A stretch of 43,718 nucleotides of DNA from Candidatus Staskawiczbacteria bacterium RIFCSPHIGHO2_01_FULL_39_25 (GCA_001820095.1 MHOO01000003.1:66987-110704); one strand, 5' to 3'; shown: positions 1 to 7,950, counted from the first letter of the stretch. Notes: a model not told the origin generated them from the sequence alone. A program made the numbers and translations.

Positions 1-1447
1 TTTTGGTAATCGCGGGAATCGTTACAATAAATTCACTTCCTTTATTTTTTCCTTCGCTTTTTGCCTCAATGCTGCCTTGGTGCATGGTAATTAAGTTTTT
101 CACAATATTCAGGCCGATTCCCAACCCTCCTATGCCCATAACCATTTTATTAGACCCGCTGAATAGTTCAAATATCTTATCTATTTTTTTAGCATCCATG
201 CCTACTCCATCATCTTGTATCTTAATGATTATTTTTTCCTGTTTTATAGCCGAAGTTACCTTAATATGGCCCAATGTCTTGGTATATTTTGAGGCATTGT
301 TGATAAGGTTGACAATGATCTGTTCAAAACGCAGCGGGTCTACATATGCATACATAGGGTTGCTTTTAAAAACAACTGATAACTTCTGCCGCCGGTTATT
401 TATCAGCGGCATAGTGGCCTGGGTTGCATGATTGATAATTTCGCATATATTTTTAATTTTCTTTTTCAGTTTTATTTTTTGGCGGCTTAATCTGGCCACA
501 TCTAAAATATCATCTAAAAGGTATGCCATATTTTTAGATTGGCGCTCTATGATGTTAACTGATTCCCTGATGGCTGGATCTACGTTGTCTTGTTTGGCGA
601 TCATGGAATTAATGAGCTGGGTATTAGCCAGTATGGGGGTCAGGGGATTGCGCAACTCGTGGGACATAATGGATATAAAATTGTTTTTTTCTTCTTCTGT
701 TTTTTTCCGATGGGTAATATCTGAAAATATTAATGCAATCTGGTTTTCGTTGGGCTTGTAGGCATATAGTTCAAAATATTTATTTAAATCTTTATGATAG
801 GTTTCAAAGGAAAGAGGTTTGCCGGTAAGGGCAACGTTATCATAGTTTTTCCTGTTTTTAATGCTATCGCTGTGGCTTAATGTTGAAGGTATTTGGCTGA
901 TGGTTTTTCCTACTACGTCTTTCCTTTTTAATTTAGTTAATTTCTCAAATGCCGGGTTCACATCTAAAAAGCGGTAATCAGCGGGCTTGCCATTTTTGTT
1001 ATACAGTATCTCCTGCAAGGCGTATCCGTAATTCATGCTATTGAAGAGCATGTGATAGCGTTTCTCGCTTTCTTTTAAATTTTCATCAGCTTGCTTTCTA
1101 TCGGTAATGTCAGAACCGTATACAATTATTGAGTTAAAGTCGGGCATATAGTAAAAAAAATGCCTGAACCACCGGTTATTAAATTTTATTTCTCTGGAAA
1201 AAGACGATTTCCCTTTTTTTAATTGCTTAACAATATATGGCAAACCAGACAAATATTTATGTTTTGCCCCTTTCTTTTTTAAATCAGAAAAGATATTAAC
1301 AGAGCTGGGATTTTCGTACATTATATTCCCTTCTAAGTCAATCTCAATGACAGGCCTTGGATTGAATTCGGTGAAGGAAGCCAATCTCGCTATTTTTTCT
1401 ATTGGTTTCTGTTTAGGAAATATATTATTATGGTCTGAAGATTTCAT
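1..1447 (-). CDS. PAS-domain sensor histidine kinase, cytoplasmic (runs off the window at its C-terminus)
   Basis: Absent from the ORF track; read by hand on the minus strand from ATG at 1447 (MKSSDHNNIF). Contains PAS-like segments (FNPRPVIEIDLEGNIMYENP; YRFLDVNPAFEK), H-box FISIMSHELRNPLTPI and HATPase C-terminus SEGKNKGSEFIVTIP, all in one frame. Confidence 0.9.
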   Translation of the reverse strand, partial: MKSSDHNNIFPKQKPIEKIARLASFTEFNPRPVIEIDLEGNIMYENPSSVNIFSDLKKKGAKHKYLSGLPYIVKQLKKGKSSFSREIKFNNRWFRHFFYYMPDFNSIIVYGSDITDRKQADENLKESEKRYHMLFNSMNYGYALQEILYNKNGKPADYRFLDVNPAFEKLTKLKRKDVVGKTISQIPSTLSHSDSIKNRKNYDNVALTGKPLSFETYHKDLNKYFELYAYKPNENQIALIFSDITHRKKTEEEKNNFISIMSHELRNPLTPILANTQLINSMIAKQDNVDPAIRESVNIIERQSKNMAYLLDDILDVARLSRQKIKLKKKIKNICEIINHATQATMPLINNRRQKLSVVFKSNPMYAYVDPLRFEQIIVNLINNASKYTKTLGHIKVTSAIKQEKIIIKIQDDGVGMDAKKIDKIFELFSGSNKMVMGIGGLGIGLNIVKNLITMHQGSIEAKSEGKNKGSEFIVTIPAITK

Positions 1448-1466
1448 AGATAATGATGTAGCTATA

Positions 1467-1518
1467 TTTATATATAATTACAAAGAAGTTTGCAATATTT
1501 TATTAATAAGGGTAGCAT
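1467..1518. promoter_or_regulatory. Divergent sigma70-like promoters sharing one palindromic -35 (TTGCAA 1490-1495)
   Basis: Plus strand TTGCAA-17-TAGCAT (1513-1518); minus strand TTGCAA-17-TATAAA (1472-1467). Confidence 0.5.
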
Positions 1519-1565
1519 GATTACAAGTACCTGAACCTTGACACTTTCATAGGAGCCTTAACGTC

Positions 1566-2105
1566 ATGACTATTTTAGCGCTCACTCATGCTGGCAGATT
1601 CAATTTTGCCAATGCATTTCATACCAAAGGGGGGCTGGAAGATCTGCATAAACTAAAAGAAATAGTACTTTCTTTTCTTTCTGGCAAAGAAGAAAAAATC
1701 AAATCGCTTGCAACCGGTGTTGGTAAAAAATATGAAGAAATTTTAGAGCTTTTTCTGGATTCAAATATTTTTATACCTGAAAAAATTGTGTTATGCCCGT
1801 ATCTTGGCGGCGCAGAATCTACCATAAAAGGAGGCACGATCATCAGTCCTAGCGGCAATGAGTATGCAAATTATCTAGGGTTGAGCGATACCGCATCTTG
1901 GGATCCATGGGCATTCTTAAAGGAGAATTTTTGCGGCAACGAAGACGATATTGCTATTTTATGTACAGGAAAACAGTTTTTACGGGCCTTAGGCAAGGAA
2001 AAATACTTTAAAGTTGCTTCTATGTATGAATTACTGACTGATGTAAAATCCATCTCATGGAAGGCAAAAGCAGGGAAGCTATTAAAAAAACCAATTATTG
2101 GATAG
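1566..2105 (+). CDS. Hypothetical protein, possibly degenerate histidine-phosphatase/SixA fold
   Basis: 179-aa ORF with AGGAG upstream and a terminator downstream. ILALTHAG, EKIVLCPYLGGAEST and IAILCTGK align by eye with the RHG, SPxxRA and SH motifs. Confidence 0.7.
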   Translation: MTILALTHAGRFNFANAFHTKGGLEDLHKLKEIVLSFLSGKEEKIKSLATGVGKKYEEILELFLDSNIFIPEKIVLCPYLGGAESTIKGGTIISPSGNEYANYLGLSDTASWDPWAFLKENFCGNEDDIAILCTGKQFLRALGKEKYFKVASMYELLTDVKSISWKAKAGKLLKKPIIG

Positions 2106-2106
2106 C

Positions 2107-2134
2107 GCCTAACGGAAATTCGTTAGGCTTTTTT
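2107..2134 (+). terminator. Rho-independent terminator
   Basis: GCCTAACG/CGTTAGGC stem followed by a T-run. Confidence 0.75.
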
Positions 2135-2190
2135 ATGTAGAACTTATTATATTATAAGGATATTCTATGAATTTTTGATTAAATTGGTAT

Positions 2191-2223
2191 TTAATGAAAT
2201 TTTAATTGAATTTTAATGAAGTA
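2191..2223 (+). promoter_or_regulatory. Three 11-bp direct repeats, candidate OmpR/PhoB-family binding site
   Basis: TTAATGAAATT / TTAATTGAATT / TTAATGAAGTA upstream of the response regulator gene. Confidence 0.45.
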
Positions 2224-2257
2224 TGTTTTAGGATGAAGGTAGCATTATTATTAATTT

Positions 2258-2431
2258 ACTTTGAGTTACGAAATGTTTTCATGGGATTTTCTCTAAATTT
2301 CAGAACGAAAATTTGATAGAATTATTCGGCATAGCCGTAGGCTTCTGTCGAATAATTATAGCGAATTTGCAGTTGAAATTTAGAGAAAAGACCTGAAATC
2401 GACATTATTTAGGCATTTCGTAATTCAAAGT
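2258..2431. mobile_element. MITE-like inverted-repeat element, copy 1
   Basis: Ends ACTTTGAGTTACGAAATG ... GCATTTCGTAATTCAAAGT; internal homology to 14958-15244; central palindrome. Confidence 0.6.
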
Positions 2432-2442
2432 AATTTACATCT

Positions 2443-3111
2443 ATGAGAATACTCATTGTAGAAGATGAAGAAAAATTAGCTCAATTAATGAAAGATACCC
2501 TGAAAAAAGAAGGGTATGCGGTTGATTATTTAACCGATGGGCAAAAGGCCCAACGGCGCATTCAGCTAAGCCATAATGAATACGATGTTATTATTTTAGA
2601 TTTAATGCTGCCAAATAAAGGGGGATTGGAAATTTGCAAAGAAATAAGGCAGTTGAATGTAAGCACCCCTTTTTTGGTATTAACGGCAAATAATACCTTA
2701 GAAAGCAAGGTGACATTACTTAATTCAGGAGCAGATGATTACTTGGTAAAACCCTTTGAATTTGAAGAGCTTTTAAGCAGGATTAGGGCTATCAGCCGAA
2801 GGCCTAAGCAGGCATTGCATACCGAATTAAAAGTTTCTGGCGTAGCGCTGAATACGGCTACCCAAAAAGTATCGGTGGGAGGCAGGGAAGTTAAGTTTAC
2901 GTTGCGAGAGTTTCGTATTTTAGAGTATCTCATGAGGAACCCCAATATCGTACTATCTCGTGAAGAAATCACCAGCAACATATGGGATTTTAACTATGAC
3001 TCGTTCAGTAATGTCGTGGATGTGTTTATCAATAAGATACGGGGCAAGGTAGATAAAGATAATAAGCTCATAGAAACGGTGCGGGGAATAGGGTACCGGC
3101 TGAATGCTTAA
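2443..3111 (+). CDS. OmpR/PhoB-family response regulator
   Basis: Receiver motifs LIVEDE, LDLMLP, GADDYLVKPF and winged-helix end VVDVFINKIR...IETVRGIGY. Confidence 0.97.
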   Translation: MRILIVEDEEKLAQLMKDTLKKEGYAVDYLTDGQKAQRRIQLSHNEYDVIILDLMLPNKGGLEICKEIRQLNVSTPFLVLTANNTLESKVTLLNSGADDYLVKPFEFEELLSRIRAISRRPKQALHTELKVSGVALNTATQKVSVGGREVKFTLREFRILEYLMRNPNIVLSREEITSNIWDFNYDSFSNVVDVFINKIRGKVDKDNKLIETVRGIGYRLNA

Positions 3112-3118
3112 GCTTTGC

Positions 3119-3313
3119 TTAATTTTTGCTTAATTTCTTAAGCAAGTTTTTGATTTTTTTGCTTTCAGAGAGTATTATTTTAAGATACTTTTTTTTCTGG
3201 CCGTATCCTTGCCGCACCAGCAATTCAGCGGAAAGCATAACGCTGGTTAAAAGGTTGTTTAATTTATGAATAGTTTCTGAAGGCTTTATTTTTTTCTTTT
3301 TGTTGGTTTTCAT
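3119..3313 (-). CDS. Small stand-alone HisKA (DHp)-like protein
   Basis: 64 aa; IHKLNNLLTSVMLSAELL resembles an H-box helix; a second helix follows; no ATPase domain; candidate promoter upstream. Confidence 0.65.
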   Translation of the reverse strand: MKTNKKKKIKPSETIHKLNNLLTSVMLSAELLVRQGYGQKKKYLKIILSESKKIKNLLKKLSKN

Positions 3314-3339
3314 ATAAAGGTATTTTATCGTGTGATTTC

Positions 3340-3388
3340 ATAGTACTTTTTTATAAGCATTTGACAATATTTGATAAATGGTTAAAAT
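3340..3388. promoter_or_regulatory. Overlapping divergent promoters for khpA and the HisKA-only ORF
   Basis: Plus strand TTGACA(3361)-16-TAAAAT; minus strand TTGTCA(3367-3362)-16-TACTAT(3345-3340). Confidence 0.5.
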
Positions 3389-3394
3389 GTAAAC

Positions 3395-3449
3395 ATAGCT
3401 ACTTTACCGGATCTCACCGAAAGAGAGAATCCAAGAAAGGTCGGGCTAT
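3395..3449 (+). ncRNA. Candidate structured 5' leader of khpA-trmD
   Basis: ATAGC/GCTAT outer stem, ACC/GGT and GGATCTC/GAGAATCC inner stems, starting at the predicted TSS. Confidence 0.35.
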
Positions 3450-3487
3450 CAAAAAAGAATAAATGTTTAAACTAACCGCACAGACAC

Positions 3488-3802
3488 ATGGCAAAAGAAA
3501 ATGACAAAGAGTTCCTTGAATATATTGTGAAAGAGTTAGTTGATAATCCTAAAGACGTCAAAGTAGAAAGAAAAGTTGACGAAATGGGAGTCTTGCTTTC
3601 ATTGACCGTAAACCCAGAAGATATGGGCCAAATCATTGGAAGAGAAGGATCAACAGCTAAGGCAATAAGGAATTTAGTCCGAATTGTAGGATTAAAAAAC
3701 CATGCTCGGGTAAACCTTAAAATTGAGGAACCAGAAGGTGGCCGAGTTCAAAGAACCGAGAAAAAAGAAGTATCAGAAGATATTGAAAATATTTCTCTGT
3801 AA
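3488..3802 (+). CDS. khpA: KH-domain RNA-binding protein (KhpA/YlqC family)
   Basis: LEYIVKELVDNP, DMGQIIGREGSTAKAIR GxxG loop; upstream of trmD. Confidence 0.92.
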   Translation: MAKENDKEFLEYIVKELVDNPKDVKVERKVDEMGVLLSLTVNPEDMGQIIGREGSTAKAIRNLVRIVGLKNHARVNLKIEEPEGGRVQRTEKKEVSEDIENISL

Positions 3803-3809
3803 ATTAAAG

Positions 3810-3838
3810 GCAAAAAGCGCCCGAGTGGCGCTTTTTGC
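3810..3838. terminator. Terminator-like hairpin
   Basis: GCAAAAAGCGCC/GGCGCTTTTTGC. Confidence 0.65.
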
Positions 3839-3862
3839 TTTTATATGGTATAATTTTTTCCA

Positions 3863-4546
3863 ATGATTAAGTTTGATATCATCACTATTTTTCCAAAAAT
3901 ATTTGACTCATATGTAAAAGAGTCGCTGATTTCTCGCGCCCAAAAAAAGAAACTTATAAAAATAAATATACATAATCTGCGAAAATGGACCACTGATAAT
4001 CATCAAACAGTTGATGACAGGCCATTCGGCGGAGGATTGGGAATGGTAATTAAGATTGAACCGGTGTACAAAGCGGTTCAATCTTTAAAATTAAAATTCA
4101 AAAATCAAAATGCAAAAAGAACGAAAGTTATCCTTTTTACACCAAGAGGTAAGAAGTTTACGCAAAAAATCGTTACCCAGCTTGCAAAATTAGATCAAAT
4201 TATTTTTATCTGTGGCAGGTACGAGGGGGTTGATGAAAGGGTAGCAGAAAAAATCGCAGATATGGAGTTATCTATTGGCGACTATGACCTTATGGGCGGA
4301 GAATTGCCGGCCATGGTTGCCATAGAAACCATTTCACGATTGATCCCAGGCGTTTTAGGGAAAGAACAATTATTAAAGGAACGGATTACCAAAAGCGGGG
4401 GATTCATTGAATATGCGCAATATACTCGTCCGGAAGTTTTTTCGCCGGTTAAAAATAAAAAATGGAAAGTTCCGCCGGTTTTATTATCGGGAGATCACAA
4501 AAAGATAGAAGCGTGGAAAACAAAGCACAGCAAAGTTATTGAATAA
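3863..4546 (+). CDS. trmD: tRNA (guanine-N1)-methyltransferase
   Basis: VDDRPFGGGLGM, ICGRYEGVDER, SIGDYDLMGGELPAM, QYTRPE, VPPVLLSGDH. Confidence 0.98.
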   Translation: MIKFDIITIFPKIFDSYVKESLISRAQKKKLIKINIHNLRKWTTDNHQTVDDRPFGGGLGMVIKIEPVYKAVQSLKLKFKNQNAKRTKVILFTPRGKKFTQKIVTQLAKLDQIIFICGRYEGVDERVAEKIADMELSIGDYDLMGGELPAMVAIETISRLIPGVLGKEQLLKERITKSGGFIEYAQYTRPEVFSPVKNKKWKVPPVLLSGDHKKIEAWKTKHSKVIE

Positions 4547-4577
4547 TTGTATTTTTTATGATAGAAATATAGCTATT

Positions 4578-4867
4578 GGGCAGTTGGCTGAGCAGCAAAG
4601 GCACTAGACTGTCAAAAGGCAGCTTCTTAAGGAAACTTAGGTTGAAAAACTTCGGGATATCGGTGAAACCCCAAATGTTCAATATCGATTATTGAATAAG
4701 GGCAATACCGAGGGAACCGAGTACTGGTGATAGTACTTGGGCTCCGTAGAGACTAGATACCGAAGCACCCGAAAGGGTGATGATATAGTCCATGCCTTAG
4801 GGAACTAAGGAAAAACATGAAATCTAGCGGGTCCTACCCTTCGCAGGTGCAAGTCCTGCACTGCCCA
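4578..4867 (+). tRNA. tRNA-Tyr(GUA), intron-split; exons 4578-4612 and 4820-4867
   Basis: Acceptor GGGCAGT/ACTGCCC; joined exons give CTAGA-CT-GTA-AA-TCTAG; long variable arm typical of Tyr; Tyr-Thr(GGU) tandem is a conserved arrangement. Confidence 0.92.
4613..4819 (+). ncRNA. Group I intron (207 nt, no ORF) between anticodon nt 35 and 36 of tRNA-Tyr
   Basis: 5' exon ends in U, intron ends in G; P1 CUGUC-AAAA-GGCAG with U.G wobble at the splice site; P7 elements CGTAGAGACTAG and GATATAGTCC. Confidence 0.9.
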
Positions 4868-4889
4868 CAGTTTTTTAAAAACTAAATAT

Positions 4890-5153
4890 GCCGATGTAGC
4901 TCAGCCAGCAGAGCATTTCCATGGTGGGTCGCAAACCCCTGCCCACTATATAGGTGACTATATAGTGAATCCCGAATTACGGTTAATAGTCAAACTATTT
5001 TGGCCAAGACCGTGGCGTTAAAATATTAAAAACGCCCGAACGACTGACAAGGGAAGCTTAAAAAAGTTTAAGATACAGTCTAGCCCTCTTATATATAAAA
5101 AAAAGAGGTGTAAGCGAAGGAAAAGGTCCGCAGTGCAAATCTGCGCATCGGCT
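4890..5153 (+). tRNA. tRNA-Thr(GGU), intron-split; exons 4890-4925 and 5117-5153
   Basis: Acceptor GCCGATG/CATCGGC; joined exons give TTTCC-AT-GGT-AA-GGAAA; T arm CGCAG/CTGCG. Confidence 0.9.
4926..5116 (+). ncRNA. Group I intron (191 nt, no ORF) between nt 36 and 37 of tRNA-Thr
   Basis: Exon ends in U, intron ends in G; P2-like CACTATATA/TATATAGTG; P7 elements CGACTGAC and GATACAGTCT. Confidence 0.87.
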
Positions 5154-5162
5154 CAACGTAAT

Positions 5163-5249
5163 ACATTTAACAATTAACATTTAACAATTGACAGTAAATG
5201 GCTAACGGTTTTTGTCACATGTCAAATGTCAATGGTCAAATGTCACATT
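5163..5249 (+). repeat. 7-nt periodic hairpin, type A (CAATTGA/TGTCAAA)
   Basis: Left arm ACAATTAACATTTAACAATTGAC, right arm GTCACATGTCAAATGTCAATGGTCAAATG, running into the rpmG ATG. Confidence 0.85.
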
Positions 5250-5411
5250 ATGGCTACAAAAAAACCGTTTTTAAAAATGCAATGTACGGTGTGTAAAAAA
5301 GTGAATTATTTTACCAAAAAATCCAAATTGCTTGCAGAAAAAAAGTTAGAGATGTCAAAATTCTGCAACCGCTGCAAAAAGCACACCCTGCACAAGGAAA
5401 GTAAAAAATAA
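5250..5411 (+). CDS. rpmG: 50S ribosomal protein L33 (Zn-ribbon type)
   Basis: CTVC...NYFTKK...KFCNRCKKHTLHKE. Start moved to ATG 5250 because the 5226 start lies in the repeat. Confidence 0.95.
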   Translation: MATKKPFLKMQCTVCKKVNYFTKKSKLLAEKKLEMSKFCNRCKKHTLHKESKK

Positions 5412-5535
5412 TTTATTGTGCGACAAAAGATGCAAAAAGCCGGCTTTTACCGAGTCGGATTTTTTGTTTATGCAATCTGTGGATTATTTTTTGTTGTTAA
5501 TATATTTTCTAATGCTATAATAAAGTAATTATTTT

Positions 5536-6762
5536 ATGAATCAACCCATTCAAAAAAATCAAGGCGAGAAAGGATTTTTACCGATTATATTAATAGTAAT
5601 TATTGGGGTAGCAGTTATCGCGGCAGGAGGCGGTTTTTGGTATTATCAGCAGTCGGCTAATCAATCGGCTGATCAAAGCGAAGTTTCTGCTCCAGATGAA
5701 CAGTCACAACAAGCCGGCAAAGAAGAACAATCAGAAAAAACGGAGGTATCAAAACCAGCAGAAAAAGCTGCTGTACAAAAAGAAGCCCCAAAGACTGCCG
5801 CAGAGCAACTTTCTCAAACTTCTTCTGCTACTCCTACCCCTGCTCCCAAACCCAGTACTTGTGATCTAATTCCCCGCCCAAAAAAATTTAACAAGACCCC
5901 TTATTATACGGGCCAGCTTTTTGATGCCCACTTCCACGTGCCTAATCTTTCCGAAGTCAGCTTAAACAAGCTTCTATGCATATTTGATAAAGAAAAGGTA
6001 AAGGGAACAATTCTTTTTTACTGGAACTCCCAGCTATCGTTGGAAAAAAGGCTGGCCGAAGCAGAATCCATAAAGAATGCTTCTTTACAAAAAATCCGTA
6101 TGTTCTTATCGCCTGTTCAATATAATTTAAAAGCATTGGAAGATATTGAAGCTGCCCATAAAGGACTGTTCACCGGCTATGGTGAAATGGCTTTTTACAA
6201 CCGTGGCGATCCCAGCCAAAGTTATTACCCTAAAAGGCCTGACGAGCAACAGTTTCTTGATATATACGCCTTAGCTGAAAAAAATAATTTTGTTGTAATG
6301 ATTCATCCTGACCGGGGGCAGGAACAAGCCATTGAAAACATTCTAAAGAAATATCCTAATGTAAAGTTTTATTTCCACGGAGACGAGATAGAGAATGTCA
6401 TTATTGGCTTGATGGATAGATACCCAAACGTCTATTATTCAATAGACGCAGTTTTATCCCGGCTTCCTTTTCCTCCAGCGGACGCACTCCATATATCAAG
6501 CTCTGAAAATGATTATGTAACAAAGATAACGCAAAACTTTTCTGCCATATTAGACGGAGCTGTAAATGAATGGAAAGCAAAAATTGAAAAGCATCCCGAC
6601 AGATTCACCTGGGGAACAGATAGGGGAGGGTTTGCTTGGCACTATGGTGAAGAAGTAAGCCGTTTATTTGAAGAATTATCCCGGTCATTTATTGGCCGGC
6701 TTGATCCTTCAGTGCAAGAAAAGTACGCCTATAAAAACGCTGAAAGTTTGCTACAAAAATAG
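5536..6762 (+). CDS. Membrane-anchored/exported amidohydrolase-family metallohydrolase
   Basis: N-terminal KGF plus hydrophobic helix, low-complexity linker, metal ligands DAHFH, MIHPD, FHG, WGTD. Confidence 0.8.
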   Translation: MNQPIQKNQGEKGFLPIILIVIIGVAVIAAGGGFWYYQQSANQSADQSEVSAPDEQSQQAGKEEQSEKTEVSKPAEKAAVQKEAPKTAAEQLSQTSSATPTPAPKPSTCDLIPRPKKFNKTPYYTGQLFDAHFHVPNLSEVSLNKLLCIFDKEKVKGTILFYWNSQLSLEKRLAEAESIKNASLQKIRMFLSPVQYNLKALEDIEAAHKGLFTGYGEMAFYNRGDPSQSYYPKRPDEQQFLDIYALAEKNNFVVMIHPDRGQEQAIENILKKYPNVKFYFHGDEIENVIIGLMDRYPNVYYSIDAVLSRLPFPPADALHISSSENDYVTKITQNFSAILDGAVNEWKAKIEKHPDRFTWGTDRGGFAWHYGEEVSRLFEELSRSFIGRLDPSVQEKYAYKNAESLLQK

Positions 6763-6864
6763 GTTACTGGTATTGGAAACACACACCACATACAGAGGCA
6801 AAAGGCTTAAGAAATAAAAATCGCCAATTGGGTGATTTTTGTTTTTAATAGATTGCCAAATGGC

Positions 6865-6894
6865 TTGACAAATCATTATCTATTATGCTATAAT
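6865..6894 (+). promoter_or_regulatory. sigma70-like promoter
   Basis: TTGACA-18-TATAAT with TG extension. Confidence 0.7.
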
Positions 6895-6941
6895 TAACTT
6901 ATAGGGTAAAAAACAGCACATTTCAAAAAAAGGAGCTTCGT

Positions 6942-7859
6942 ATGTGGGATTACATGCGGGAAAAGCTTGGCGAAGAAAATTCAAAAAGAGCTTTAGTTTT
7001 CCTCGTAGCATTTCTTATCGGAGCATGGTCATTTAAGGGATGCAGCCCAAGTGTTGAAAAAGCAACTTTCGACGAAAACAAGAAAGAACTAGAAATCTTC
7101 AGAAAGGAAAAAGCAGAGCAAACGGCCCAAGAAAAAGCCGAAAAAAAGTTAGATCCCAAAATTACCGAGCTTACCAACAAGCTTAATGAAGCGGAGAAAA
7201 GCCTAGCTGCTTTCAAAGCCAAAGAAGAGCTGGAAAAGCTGCGGACCGAAGAAGCCAAAAAGGCTAAGATGGCCTTCGATGAGAAAGAAAAAGCCTTGGA
7301 AAAAGAGCGGGAAAGCCTAAGAACTAAGGAACGAACTCTAGAGGATCGGGAAAGAAGCATAAAGAAAAAAGAAGAAGAATTAGAGAAGAAAAAAGTCGCA
7401 GCGCCTCCGGTTATAGAAAAGCCGGCGGTTGCCGCAAAAAAACCAGAAAGGATGGTGGGCCAGCCGTTTCAGAGCACGAGCTTTCAGGGTAGCGAGAGAA
7501 GCTATAATGCCAAACTCAAGGCAATGCTTGAAGTTTCCCGCAGCCGGCTTGCGTTCTACGCGCAGCAGCAAAAGAGAAGGCATCTCTATGAACTCCAGCT
7601 TAAGAGGCAGTACTCTCAAGTTGAATGGGTTCAGCCCACGAGCTCCGTTACGGGCTTGCCAATCCGAGGAGTAGCGGCCTATACCAGAGTTTCCTCTCCA
7701 GCACAGCTCTTGAAGATAGGGAGCTTAATGGAGGCGTTTGATCTCCAACAAGCTCAAGAAAATCTGGATTTTGAGAATTGCCTTAATCTTTCCGAAGCTT
7801 CATTTGATTTGCAGCTTCAGAAGGCAAGGCCGCTTTCAAAAGGCTTCAGGGGCTTCTAA
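6942..7859 (+). CDS. Hypothetical coiled-coil protein with N-terminal membrane/lipoprotein-like anchor
   Basis: AAGGAG SD, hydrophobic stretch ending FKGCS, E/K-rich coiled coil, terminator after the stop. Confidence 0.8.
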   Translation: MWDYMREKLGEENSKRALVFLVAFLIGAWSFKGCSPSVEKATFDENKKELEIFRKEKAEQTAQEKAEKKLDPKITELTNKLNEAEKSLAAFKAKEELEKLRTEEAKKAKMAFDEKEKALEKERESLRTKERTLEDRERSIKKKEEELEKKKVAAPPVIEKPAVAAKKPERMVGQPFQSTSFQGSERSYNAKLKAMLEVSRSRLAFYAQQQKRRHLYELQLKRQYSQVEWVQPTSSVTGLPIRGVAAYTRVSSPAQLLKIGSLMEAFDLQQAQENLDFENCLNLSEASFDLQLQKARPLSKGFRGF

Positions 7860-7950
7860 TCCTGAAGATTAACCTCGCTGATCGCCATCAACGAGGTTTT
7901 TTTTGACCAAACGCCAGAAATTTGATACTATAAAATTAAAATTCGGTCTC

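Noticed and set aside
3-761. Plus-strand ORFs 3-431 and 432-761
   Set aside because: Antisense shadows of the minus-strand histidine kinase, which carries the recognisable motifs.
4613-5116. Homing endonuclease or tmRNA in the tRNA interruptions
   Set aside because: Inserts are about 200 nt with no suitable ORF; they show group I P1/P7 features and the exons rejoin into complete tRNAs.
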